Below, piece after piece: positions 8,184 to 16,838 of a stretch of DNA of 51,932 nucleotides (the stretch's first letter is position 1; every line of letters begins with the position of its first letter). The notes beneath the pieces were generated by a model. That model ran no database searches. It saw nothing but the letters and a program-made list of their open reading frames with translations, and was not told the DNA's origin. The translations under genes and the position numbers were made by a program. This DNA comes from a virus (taxonomy: Duplodnaviria > Caudoviricetes), in the IMG/VR virus record IMGVR_UViG_3300035002_000025, positions 1 through 51,932 of that record; one strand, written 5' to 3'.

Positions 8184-8693
8184 ATGGGCTTTCACGAGCA
8201 AACGAAACAGTTTCGGGATGCAGTCCCGCGGGAGAACTGGGCCAAGGTGAAGCTCGCCATCCGCGAGACTGTCGCCCATGCCGGCGGCGGGGAGGCGGTC
8301 GCCGCCCGGTTCAAGGAGCGGCAGGACAACTTCAACGGCGGCCGCATCTCCGAATGGTGCAATCCCGACATGGTCACGTCCATGCCGACGCTCTGGCAGA
8401 TCGCCCAGATTGAAGCGTTCGCGGGCGTCGACTGGATCACCCAGGCCATGTGCGACCTGCACGGTGCCGACCTCGTCAAACGCGGCCGTGCCGACAACGA
8501 CAGTGATGTCCTCGCTCGCATCGGCCTCGCGGCGAAGGAAAGCGGAGAGGCACTGGCTATCGCTGCTGCACTGCTCGCCAACCCTCAGTGCGCCCGGTTG
8601 GCGAAGCAGGCTCTCGGCGAATGTGACGACGCGATCCGGGCGAAGAAGACCCTGCGCGCCGCGCTTGAGGCGCTGATCGGGGAGGCGGCCTGA
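8184..8693 (+). CDS. CII-like phage regulatory protein
   Basis: Position after cro; ISEWCNP...MPTLWQIAQIE...LAAKESGEA pattern. Confidence 0.65.
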   Translation: MGFHEQTKQFRDAVPRENWAKVKLAIRETVAHAGGGEAVAARFKERQDNFNGGRISEWCNPDMVTSMPTLWQIAQIEAFAGVDWITQAMCDLHGADLVKRGRADNDSDVLARIGLAAKESGEALAIAAALLANPQCARLAKQALGECDDAIRAKKTLRAALEALIGEAA

Positions 8694-9310
8694 TGTCTGA
8701 AACCAGCATTCCGTCCGACGAACTGCTCAAGTCGCTGACCGACCGCATCCTGCGTCTCCGTGAGGAGGAAGACGCGATCAAGGCCGACGTCCGCGACGTT
8801 TACGCGGAGGCGAAGTCGCACGGCTTCGACAAAACCGTGCTCGGCAAGGTCGTCGCACGGCTGCGCGCCGAAGAGAAGGACGGCGACAAGCTGGCCGAAA
8901 CCGAAACCCTTCTCGATCTCTACCTGAGCGCCTACAAGGGCGCCTCGCGTACGCACACGCATGGGCATGCGCGTGAAGCATCCCAAAAGGCTCCAGCCCA
9001 GAAGGTGGACGCGGCGCCGGCTACGGTCATCGAGCCTGCGGTTCCTGTGGTCGAACCTGACGCTGCTGCCGAGGCCCGCATTAATCTCGACGTTCCCGGC
9101 CCTGCCGCGCCGGCTCCGTCCGAAGTCGCGCCGGTTGCCGAGGCGCTCGTCGTCATCGACGCGTCAGTTTCACCGGAGCCGATGACCGCTGCCTCTGTCG
9201 CCCGCTCGCTTCGCCCACTGTGCAGGAAGCCTGACAACTGCAGCGGCTACGGCCGGAACACCTGCCATCCCTGTCTGTCCGCGGCGCAGGTCGCCGAGGA
9301 GGCGGCATGA
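8693..9310 (+). CDS. GapR/DUF2312-like DNA-binding domain with Ala/Pro linker and C-terminal Cys4 motif
   Basis: LKSLTDRILRLREEEDAIKADVRDVYAEAKSHGFDKTVLGKVVARLR; C-terminal CRKPDNCSGYGRNTCHPC. Confidence 0.85.
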   Translation: MSETSIPSDELLKSLTDRILRLREEEDAIKADVRDVYAEAKSHGFDKTVLGKVVARLRAEEKDGDKLAETETLLDLYLSAYKGASRTHTHGHAREASQKAPAQKVDAAPATVIEPAVPVVEPDAAAEARINLDVPGPAAPAPSEVAPVAEALVVIDASVSPEPMTAASVARSLRPLCRKPDNCSGYGRNTCHPCLSAAQVAEEAA

Positions 9311-9813
9311 TCCGGGACAAGCAGTTCGTTTCGCCGACATTTGTGATGAAGGCGGGCGTCACCCACGCCAACCACACTCGGCACTTCACCGGTGATCAGG
9401 CCCGGTGTCACTATTGCGGGCGGGCAACGTTCGATCATCGGACGCCGGAGGCCCACAGCGTCCCGAAGGCCACTCGAACGGTCGACCACAAGTGGCCGAG
9501 GGCTCACGGCGGCACGAACGCGACATGCGTCGTCGCGTGCACCTGCTGCAATGGCTTGAAGGGCGACACACCCTACGAGCTGTTCTGCGCATGGTTCCGT
9601 CTGCCGGGTGCCGATAGCTGGAACAACCGGGCGGAGATATCCTATCGGCGTTTCGTCTTCGATTGCGCCCGCGCCGGCCTTGAGGCTGCACGACAGCTTG
9701 CGCGCTGGACGAAGGAAGAGGCCGAAATCGGCGTTGAGCGCGAGCGACATCGCGAGGCCGTTGCAGCAGCCTACGAGCAGTTCCGCGGCTCTCGCATGAG
9801 GGCTGCCTCATGA
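9307..9813 (+). CDS. HNH endonuclease
   Basis: CHYCG...TVDHKWPRAHGGTN...VACTCCNGLKG. Confidence 0.85.
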   Translation: MIRDKQFVSPTFVMKAGVTHANHTRHFTGDQARCHYCGRATFDHRTPEAHSVPKATRTVDHKWPRAHGGTNATCVVACTCCNGLKGDTPYELFCAWFRLPGADSWNNRAEISYRRFVFDCARAGLEAARQLARWTKEEAEIGVERERHREAVAAAYEQFRGSRMRAAS

Positions 9814-10256
9814 TGCGCCTCTCCCACGACACCCTCATCAACAAAGGCCAGCGGGTCCAGGTCGTCCGCAAGAAGGCGAGGGGCCTTTCCCTCGACCATG
9901 CCTTCCCGGTCGATGAGACGAAGATCCACTGCAGCATCGTCCAGTGGCTGGAAGCTGTCGTCCCGTGGGCGGAGGTCCATCACTCGCCGAACGGCGGCAA
10001 GCGCTCCGAGGTCGAGGCCGCCAAGTTCAAGCGCATGGGCACCCGTGCCGGCCGGCCGGACATCGAGATCGGACTTCCCGAGGGCCGGACCCTGTTCTTG
10101 GAAGTGAAGACCCAGGCCGGCGACCTCTCCAAGGACCAGAAGGACTGCATCGGCCGGCTCAAGAAGCTCGGCTTCCCCGTCGGCGTAGTGCGCTCGATCG
10201 ACGAGGCGCGGTCGTTCCTGCGCACCCACGGCATCGAAACTCGTGAGGCCGCGTGA
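9810..10256 (+). CDS. VRR-NUC domain nuclease
   Basis: HSPNGGKR, GRPDIEI, FLEVKT, LSKDQ. Confidence 0.9.
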   Translation: MMRLSHDTLINKGQRVQVVRKKARGLSLDHAFPVDETKIHCSIVQWLEAVVPWAEVHHSPNGGKRSEVEAAKFKRMGTRAGRPDIEIGLPEGRTLFLEVKTQAGDLSKDQKDCIGRLKKLGFPVGVVRSIDEARSFLRTHGIETREAA

Positions 10257-10729
10257 TGCAGACCGCCGCCGAACTCCGCGCCCATTACGATGCCGTCCGC
10301 GCCCGCCTGTTGAGACCCTTGCCGAAGCCTCCGACCGCGATCCTCGCGCTCAAATCCAAGCGCCCGCCGATCATCTATCCCGAGCGCCTGCGCCGATACC
10401 CACAGCCTATCGGGCCCGTGAAACCGATCCGCAGGGCTATCAGCCTCCGCTCGATCGTTGATGCCGTGTCGCTCCAGACCGGAATCGATGTTCGCGAACT
10501 GACCGGCCAGCGCCGGCTTCAGCCTTTGGTCGATGCTCGACAGGTTGGCTTCTACGTCGCGCGCAAACTGACCGGAAAATCCTTCCCGCAGATCGGCCAG
10601 GCCTTCGGCGGACGGGACCCCACGACGGTTCTCCACGGCTTCTACAAGATCGAGCAGCTGCTTCCCACCAACACGGCGCTCCGGTCTCAGATCGAGGCGA
10701 TCACCGAACTGGCGGAGGCGCGCCAGTGA
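10253..10729 (+). CDS. DnaA domain IV (Bac_DnaA_C)-like HTH protein
   Basis: ARQVGFYVARKLTGKSFPQIGQAFGGRDPTTVLHG, close to the DnaA C-terminal signature. Confidence 0.85.
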   Translation: MMQTAAELRAHYDAVRARLLRPLPKPPTAILALKSKRPPIIYPERLRRYPQPIGPVKPIRRAISLRSIVDAVSLQTGIDVRELTGQRRLQPLVDARQVGFYVARKLTGKSFPQIGQAFGGRDPTTVLHGFYKIEQLLPTNTALRSQIEAITELAEARQ

Positions 10730-11073
10730 CCCGCCAGCAGCAAGCCTTGCTCACCTTCATCCGCGAACACGTCGGCAGGAGCGGCTTCGCGCCGTCTTAC
10801 CGCGAGATGGCGGATGCGCTGGGGCTCCGGTCCAAGGCAGGGGTTCACCGCCTGGTGGTTGCTCTCGAAAAGCTCGGCCATATCCGGCGCCTGCCGAACC
10901 ATGCACGCAGCGTGGAACTGATCGAGGTCGATCAGCCGGACAACGTCGTCCGCAACCTGATCCCGGTGGACCCCGTCACCTACCATCGTGCGGTCTCCAA
11001 GGCCGCTGAAGCTGGCATGACCCTGGCCGACTTCGCGGCAACGGCTCTCAACTCCATGGGAGTGCAGCGGTGA
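10726..11073 (+). CDS. LexA DNA-binding-domain protein lacking the peptidase domain
   Basis: MTRQQQALLTFI...PSYREMADALGLRSKAGVHRLVVALEKLGHIRRLPNHARSVEL; 115 aa, short RHH-like C-terminus. Confidence 0.85.
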   Translation: MTRQQQALLTFIREHVGRSGFAPSYREMADALGLRSKAGVHRLVVALEKLGHIRRLPNHARSVELIEVDQPDNVVRNLIPVDPVTYHRAVSKAAEAGMTLADFAATALNSMGVQR

Positions 11074-11279
11074 GCACGGCTATCGGCCTTCAGCATCAGT
11101 GCCTCGACACGCTCATCAAGAAGCGAGCGATCGAGAAGCTGCGCCGAGCCGGCGACCTGTCGCACGAGCAAGCCAAGCACATGAACGATTGGCTCGAAGA
11201 CGCCCGGCGCTCGATCCAACTTTTCCGCGACCACGAAAACGCAGTCCGTGAATGCCTTCGCAAGGAGATGGGCAAATGA
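11070..11279 (+). CDS. Hypothetical protein
   Basis: GTGA/ATGA coupling within operon. Confidence 0.6.
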   Translation: MSTAIGLQHQCLDTLIKKRAIEKLRRAGDLSHEQAKHMNDWLEDARRSIQLFRDHENAVRECLRKEMGK

Positions 11280-11587
11280 TCGGGTCACCGAACCTGATGG
11301 GTGCATTGCCGTGCCTGCAAGAGAAGATCGATGCAACGATTCCCGGAATGGCGCATTTCGCCGAGCTCGACGGTCGCATCTGCGGCACGTGCATTTTCTG
11401 GGGCGGAAAGCGGCCACGGGAAGCTCAGCCTTCACGATGCGCGAAGGCTCGCCGCATGGGGTGCAAGGTTGCTGCCGGCCTGCCGCACGATACCCCCGCC
11501 TGCAAGCACCATGAGCCTCGTCCTCAGGCGGCGGCGAAGGCCCGCGGGCCGCGCCCGATGCGCCTCGACGGCGTCAGCGCGTCATGA
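11276..11587 (+). CDS. Cys-rich hypothetical protein
   Basis: CGTCIFW...RCAK...ACKHH; ATGA-coupled. Confidence 0.6.
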   Translation: MIGSPNLMGALPCLQEKIDATIPGMAHFAELDGRICGTCIFWGGKRPREAQPSRCAKARRMGCKVAAGLPHDTPACKHHEPRPQAAAKARGPRPMRLDGVSAS

Positions 11588-12246
11588 CCGCTGCGGTCGA
11601 AAAGAGAGCCCATATCTGGGAGCGCGACGGTCTGGACTGGTACGTCGAGCCGCCCGGCGCGACCGAGGCGCTCCTAAGAGCTGAGCGCTTCGTTGGCCCC
11701 TGTTTCGACCCGTGCTGCGGAGGGGGCAACATCGTCGAGGCGCTGCGTGCTGCTGGCTATGATGCCGCAGGGTCTGACGTGGTCCGCAGGACTTCGGCTG
11801 GTTGGTTCTACGGCGTCGCGGACTTCCTCGGCACGGACTATTCGGCGCACCGCGCTCGGCTCGCCAACATCGTAATGAACCCGCCGTTCTTCCGCGCAAA
11901 GGGAGCCGAATCATTCATCCGCAAGGCCCTTGAGGTCGCGACCGGCAAGGTCTGCGCCTTCGTCGACATCAAGTTCCTCGCCGGCACTGGCCGGGCCAAT
12001 GGCCTGTTCGCCGAGCATCCTCCGCACCGGGTCTGGGTCATCACTCCCCGTCCGTCCTGTCCGCCGGGGGAGTTCCTGGCCGCAGGTAACGAGGCCGGCG
12101 GCGGCACTGCGGACTGGTGCTGGCTGGTCTGGGACAAGACGGCGCCGGCCGGCCGCGCCGAGTTCGGTTGGCTTCGGAAAGCCGGTGCTGTGACGGCAAT
12201 TCGCGAGGATGCGATGCCCGTCGCCGAACCCTCGGAGGCAGCATGA
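11584..12246 (+). CDS. DNA adenine methyltransferase (orphan)
   Basis: SAM motif FDPCCGGG and catalytic NPPF; DWYVEP N-terminus. Confidence 0.85.
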   Translation: MTAAVEKRAHIWERDGLDWYVEPPGATEALLRAERFVGPCFDPCCGGGNIVEALRAAGYDAAGSDVVRRTSAGWFYGVADFLGTDYSAHRARLANIVMNPPFFRAKGAESFIRKALEVATGKVCAFVDIKFLAGTGRANGLFAEHPPHRVWVITPRPSCPPGEFLAAGNEAGGGTADWCWLVWDKTAPAGRAEFGWLRKAGAVTAIREDAMPVAEPSEAA

Positions 12247-12611
12247 CCGCGCTCTCCAGCCTCACCGCCAACTACAGCGACGTGCGGCGCCGTCTTTATC
12301 GGCCCTCCCAAACCCAACCGCTTGCCGTGCTCGTCTATGAACCGCCTCGCATCGGGCTTGCCACGGGATGCCATCTTACCGGCGTCGACGGCATCCTAAG
12401 ACCGGTCGGCTTCTCCATGGACGACGTGCGCAGCCGGCGCCGCGATCCCGCCCTGCTAAGCGCCCGCGCCCGTGTCTGCCATTACCTGAATGATCTTGGC
12501 TGGAGCGCGGCAAGGATCGGCCAGCTCATCGAGCGCGACCCGACGTCCGTCTTCTATCTGCTTCGCGTCCGTAGGCCCGACGGCACACAGCGCAGCGAGG
12601 CCCAGACATGA
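12243..12611 (+). CDS. Second, divergent DnaA domain IV-like HTH protein
   Basis: LSARARVCHYLNDLGWSAARIGQLIERDPTSVFY; N-terminal YSDVRRRL resembles YDAVRARL of 10253. Confidence 0.7.
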   Translation: MTALSSLTANYSDVRRRLYRPSQTQPLAVLVYEPPRIGLATGCHLTGVDGILRPVGFSMDDVRSRRRDPALLSARARVCHYLNDLGWSAARIGQLIERDPTSVFYLLRVRRPDGTQRSEAQT

Positions 12612-13291
12612 CCGACTGGTTCCGCCTCTGGCATGGCGCTCCGACTGATCCGAAATGGCGCACAGTGGCCCGTAGAGCCTCCGTAAGGCCGGGCGACGTT
12701 TGGGCCGTCGTGACATGCCTCTATGACCGCGCATCGCAATCTCCCGACCGCGGCAACGTCACCGGCTATGACGCCGAGGTGATCGCCGACGCCTTGGGCT
12801 TCGAGACTGACGAAGTCGAGCGGATCATCGCGGCGCTCAACGACAAGGGCATCATCGATGGTGGCCGCATCGCCGCATGGGAGAAGTACCAGCCGAAGCG
12901 CGAGGACGGTTCCGCCGAACGCGCAAAAGCGCACCGCGAACGCAACCGAACGCAGGCGAACGCAACCGAACCGGATCGACCGCTAGAGACAGATACAGAG
13001 GTAGAGGGAGATTCAGAGAAGAAAGATGGATCAATCATCCATCTGAACTCCAGCGCTCCACCCCGCCAGCGCACGGCAACGAAGCCGTTTCCCTCTGACG
13101 GCTCGATCTGCTTCGGCCACTGGGCAACCGTCGCCCGACAGGCCCGCAGCGGCATCGACCCAGACGCGCTCGCCGATCCGTTTCGCCAGTTCTGCCGCAA
13201 CCACGATCCACCCATCCCGCTCGATCATGAGCTGATCGAGAAGCGGTTCATCGGCTTCGCTAAGTCGCACCGGTTCAGCCGCAGAGCCTAA
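12608..13291 (+). CDS. Phage replication initiator (replisome organiser-like)
   Basis: MTDWFRLWHGAPTDPKW...WEKYQPKRED.SAERAKAHRER; internal iteron-like repeats. Confidence 0.75.
   Translation: MTDWFRLWHGAPTDPKWRTVARRASVRPGDVWAVVTCLYDRASQSPDRGNVTGYDAEVIADALGFETDEVERIIAALNDKGIIDGGRIAAWEKYQPKREDGSAERAKAHRERNRTQANATEPDRPLETDTEVEGDSEKKDGSIIHLNSSAPPRQRTATKPFPSDGSICFGHWATVARQARSGIDPDALADPFRQFCRNHDPPIPLDHELIEKRFIGFAKSHRFSRRA
12915..13030. repeat. Iteron-like 10-bp repeats and purine-rich tract (candidate replication origin)
   Basis: gcgaacgcaa ccgaacgcag gcgaacgcaa ccgaaccgga (12936-12975), one more ccgaacgc at 12915, then an AG-rich tract. Confidence 0.55.
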
Positions 13292-13335
13292 CCCCAGCGT
13301 ATCGCGTCAGATCGAAGAACAAGCAGGAGGCCTCA

Positions 13336-13869
13336 GTGGGCAAGCGTGGACCGAAGCCGAAGAATGCAGCGGTGATACTGGACAAGGGGCTCTCTCCGGC
13401 CCTCGTGCGGCGGACTGTGGACGAAGCCGTCCGCGGCGCACGGGACCCAAATCTCGCAACCCCGATCGGCGTGATGCACCTCAATGGCTATATCGACGCC
13501 GAGCACCTCGCCGCGGCCGTCTGGATGCACACGCTGAGGTGCGTCCTAGACGCTGCACAGAGCTTGCCGCCACGCTCGACCCCGGCGATCGACTACAACC
13601 GGGCTCGCGGCATGGCGCTGATCGACACGGCCGACCCTGCCGAGGCCCGTCGTCGCCGCCAGAACCTGGAGCGCGCGTGGTCCTCTCTGGAGGAGGACAT
13701 CGGCGTCGGAACCCGCGCGCTCGAAATGCTCAAGCACGTCGTCATCGAGGAGAAGGCGCCTATCGGATGGGAGGCGAGGCTGATCCTGAACTCCGCGCTA
13801 GGGGCACTGGTCGAGCACCGGAAGAAGGCCCAGATGCGTCTGGTCGTCGGGGGCAAGAAAGCCGCATGA
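13336..13869 (+). CDS. Putative late-gene regulator (Q-like position)
   Basis: Last early gene before a promoter-terminator pair and packaging genes; GGAGG RBS before GTG. Confidence 0.55.
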   Translation: MGKRGPKPKNAAVILDKGLSPALVRRTVDEAVRGARDPNLATPIGVMHLNGYIDAEHLAAAVWMHTLRCVLDAAQSLPPRSTPAIDYNRARGMALIDTADPAEARRRRQNLERAWSSLEEDIGVGTRALEMLKHVVIEEKAPIGWEARLILNSALGALVEHRKKAQMRLVVGGKKAA

Positions 13870-13888
13870 GGTCGCAGAAATGGGCCCA

Positions 13889-13917
13889 TTGACAAATCAG
13901 GCGAATATGCGGAAATA
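13889..13917 (+). promoter_or_regulatory. Putative late promoter
   Basis: TTGACA at 13889-13894; no canonical -10 at the expected spacing. Confidence 0.45.
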
Positions 13918-13944
13918 GCCGAAATCCTGTTCAGTCGATAATTG

Positions 13945-13969
13945 CGCCCGGCACCCGCTGGGCGTTTTT
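13945..13969 (+). terminator. Intrinsic terminator (tR'-like)
   Basis: Stem CGCCCGGC/GCTGGGCG, 4-nt loop, TTTTT. Confidence 0.7.
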
Positions 13970-14003
13970 GCGTTGAGCTCCAACTCCGTCGGAGGCCGCG
14001 CCC

Positions 14004-14291
14004 ATGCTGCCGGCACTCGATCGTGGGCCCGTTCCACCCGTCATCTATGGCCAGTGGCAGACAATCGATTCAGCGCAGCGTGTCACATATGAAACGGTGG
14101 CGCTTCTGCGAATGCGCAACGGCCGGGTCTATCGAGCGGCGTGGCACTATCGCGGTCGGGGATGCGCTTGGTGGCCCGACGAGGGGCAACAGCGGCAGCG
14201 TGCCATTGGACTTTACGAACCAACCCACTGGAAGCCGCTGGCCATAGGCATCGGGCAGGCTAGGCGGGGTAACATCTCGCGGCCTCGGTGA
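14004..14291 (+). CDS. Hypothetical protein (DUF551-like)
   Basis: WQTIDSA...PTHWKPL; GGAGG RBS. Confidence 0.6.
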   Translation: MLPALDRGPVPPVIYGQWQTIDSAQRVTYETVALLRMRNGRVYRAAWHYRGRGCAWWPDEGQQRQRAIGLYEPTHWKPLAIGIGQARRGNISRPR

Positions 14292-14297
14292 GGGAAC

Positions 14298-14933
14298 ATG
14301 AGCGTCATCCGCCTTGGCTCACACCGTCGTCCGGTTCCTCCTGAGGACATCCGAACCGAAGGGCCGACCTTCATCCCCTCAACCGAACTGGCTGACTGGG
14401 CCAACGCGGTCTTCATCGAAGAGGACGCGACACTCTGCAATGAGGACCACGCGCACCTTCGCCTCGCTGACATCGGCTTCCTCTGGACCAATGTCGAGAA
14501 CGCCCGCCAAGGCCGCCGCATCGTAGGGCAGGCTGAAGGCGCCGAACCCCAGGGAGCGATGGGCAAGTGGGCCAAGGCCCGCATCATCGCCCAGGTCTAT
14601 GGATGGTTCGGCCGGATGCCGGACTTCATCATTACAATCGACGCCCTCCATGCGCTGGAATGCAGGGACGCCGACTTCTGCGCTTTGATTGAGCACGAGC
14701 TTTACCACTGCGCCCAGCAGCGGGACGAGTTCGGCCTACCGAAGTTCAAGAAGTCCGGGCAGCCTGTCTGGGCCATCCGCGGCCACGATGTCGAGGAGTT
14801 CGTCGGCGTAGTCCGGCGCTATGGCGCTTCAGCCGCCGGCATTACCGCAATCGTCGAGGCTGCAAACCGCGCGCCTGAGATTGCCGCGGCCCGCGTCGCT
14901 CGTGTCTGCGGGACATGCCAGAGCGCGGCTTAG
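14298..14933 (+). CDS. Putative phage metallopeptidase
   Basis: LIEHELYH (HExxH), HDVEEFVGVVRRYG; upstream of terS. Confidence 0.85.
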   Translation: MSVIRLGSHRRPVPPEDIRTEGPTFIPSTELADWANAVFIEEDATLCNEDHAHLRLADIGFLWTNVENARQGRRIVGQAEGAEPQGAMGKWAKARIIAQVYGWFGRMPDFIITIDALHALECRDADFCALIEHELYHCAQQRDEFGLPKFKKSGQPVWAIRGHDVEEFVGVVRRYGASAAGITAIVEAANRAPEIAAARVARVCGTCQSAA

Positions 14934-14965
14934 CGCATCGGCCCTGACTGGAGCCTGACACCACA

Positions 14966-15436
14966 ATGGCAAAAGGCAAGCTCTCCGAGGGCGTGAAGAC
15001 GTACATCGTTCAGGCACTGGCTTGTTTCGATACGCCGTCGGTCGTCGTCGAGGCGGTCAGGAAGGAGTTCGGCGACACGATCGCTCGTCAGTCCGTCGAG
15101 GGTTACGATCCCACGAAGAAGGCAGGCGCGGTGCTGGCCCCGAGATGGCGCGCCCTTTTCGACGAGACCCGGAAAGCCTTCCTCGAAGATACCGCCGCCA
15201 TTGCCATCTCTCATCGCGCCGTCAGGCTCCGGGCTTTGCAGCGCATGGCAGAGAAGGCCGAGAGCGTCGGCAACATGGCTCTGGCTGCACAGCTTCACGA
15301 GCAGGCCGCGAAGGAATGCGGCGATGCCTATTCCAACCGGCACAAGCACGAGCACACCGGGCGAGACGGTAAAGACCTTCCAGCCCCCGCGGCGCCGGTG
15401 ACCATCTTCCAGTTGCCCGACAATGGGAGAGCCTAA
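14966..15436 (+). CDS. terS: Terminase small subunit (DUF2280-like)
   Basis: IVQALACFDTPS..V...YDPTK; C-terminal EHTGRDGKDL; overlaps terL. Confidence 0.85.
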   Translation: MAKGKLSEGVKTYIVQALACFDTPSVVVEAVRKEFGDTIARQSVEGYDPTKKAGAVLAPRWRALFDETRKAFLEDTAAIAISHRAVRLRALQRMAEKAESVGNMALAAQLHEQAAKECGDAYSNRHKHEHTGRDGKDLPAPAAPVTIFQLPDNGRA

Positions 15437-16838
15437 GGCGGGGCAGGTTGCCCCCACGATCATCCGGCCACAGCCGGGACCGCAGACACAGTTCCTCGGA
15501 ACGTCTGCCGATATCGCGATCTACGGCGGCAGCGCGGGGGGCGGGAAGACGTGGGCTCTGCTCATGGAGCCGCTTCGGCACGTCGCGAACCCGCAGTTCG
15601 GCGCGGTATTCTTCCGACGCAACCTGACGCAGGTCCGGAACGAAGGTGGCCTCTGGGACGAGAGCGAGAAGCTCTATCCCAACCTCCATGCCCAGCCGCG
15701 TAGCGCGCCGGACATGGCGTGGACGTTCCCCGGGGGCGCATCGGTCGGCTTCGCCCATTTGGAGCACGAGAAGACCGTCCTCAACTGGCAGGGCGCGCAG
15801 ATCCCGCTCATCTGCTTCGACGAGCTCACGCATTTCACGGCCAAGCAGTTCTGGTATCTGCTCAGCCGCAACCGCTCGATGTGCGGCGTCCGCCCCTACG
15901 TTCGAGCGACCTGCAACCCTGATGCCGATAGCTGGGTCGCCGAGTTCATCGGATGGTGGATCAATCAGGAAACGGGCCTTCCGATACCAGAGCGTGCCGG
16001 CGTCCTGCGCTGGTTCGTCCGCATCGGCGACAAGATCATCTGGGGCGACACACCCAAGGAGTTGAGCCAGTTCACCGCGCCGGACGAGAACGGCGAAGAC
16101 AAGCCGATCCCGCCGAAGTCGGTGACCTTCATCCCGGCCAAGCTCAGCGACAACAAGGCGCTGATGGCGGCCGACCCCGGCTATCTCGCCAACCTCATGG
16201 CGCTGCCGACTGTCGAGCGGGAACGCCTACTCGGTGGCAACTGGAAGATCAGACCGGCGGCTGGGCTGCTCTTTCAGCGCGGCTGGTGTCAGGTCGTTGA
16301 TGCGGTACCTGCGAACATCATTCGTTGGATGCGCGGCTGGGACCTTGGCGCCACCCCGAAGACTGAAGGCAACGATCCCGACGCTACAGCGGGCACGAAG
16401 ATCGGGAAGTTGGACGACGGGCGCTTCATCGTCGCTCATCACTGCACGGGGCACCTGACGCCATCGGGCGTCGAGGCGCTGATCAAGAACGCCGCATCTG
16501 CGGATGGCAGGCTGACCGACATCTCGCTACCCCAAGACCCAGGGCAGGCCGGCAAATCGCAGGTCGCGAGCCTGACGAAGATGCTTGCCGGCTTCAATGT
16601 GCGCGCATCGCCAGAGAGCGGCGACAAGATCACGCGGTTTAGCCCGTTTTCGGCGCAGGCAGAGGCCGGAAACGTGCTGGTCCTTCGCGGGCCATGGAAT
16701 GACGGGTGGTTCACGGCCCTTGAGGGCTTTCCTGAGGCAACCCACGACGACGACGCCGACAGCACGAGCCGCGCCTTCAACGCTCTGTTGAATGAGCCGG
16801 CGCGGGCCGCCGTCTTCCTGACATCGAGGAATCGCTGA
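15423..16838 (+). CDS. terL: Terminase large subunit
   Basis: Walker A YGGSAGGGKT, Walker B ICFDE, ATCNP, nuclease GWDLG and HDDDAD. Confidence 0.95.
   Translation: MGEPKAGQVAPTIIRPQPGPQTQFLGTSADIAIYGGSAGGGKTWALLMEPLRHVANPQFGAVFFRRNLTQVRNEGGLWDESEKLYPNLHAQPRSAPDMAWTFPGGASVGFAHLEHEKTVLNWQGAQIPLICFDELTHFTAKQFWYLLSRNRSMCGVRPYVRATCNPDADSWVAEFIGWWINQETGLPIPERAGVLRWFVRIGDKIIWGDTPKELSQFTAPDENGEDKPIPPKSVTFIPAKLSDNKALMAADPGYLANLMALPTVERERLLGGNWKIRPAAGLLFQRGWCQVVDAVPANIIRWMRGWDLGATPKTEGNDPDATAGTKIGKLDDGRFIVAHHCTGHLTPSGVEALIKNAASADGRLTDISLPQDPGQAGKSQVASLTKMLAGFNVRASPESGDKITRFSPFSAQAEAGNVLVLRGPWNDGWFTALEGFPEATHDDDADSTSRAFNALLNEPARAAVFLTSRNR

Noticed and set aside
11584-12246. Phage methyltransferases as CcrM homologues
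   Set aside because: Neither this nor 51387-51932 shows the beta-class DPPY...HPTQKP arrangement typical of CcrM
12936-12975. GAAC repeats as LexA boxes or a CRISPR array
   Set aside because: Spacing is N6 rather than N7, they are intragenic, and there are no unique spacers or cas genes; iterons fit better
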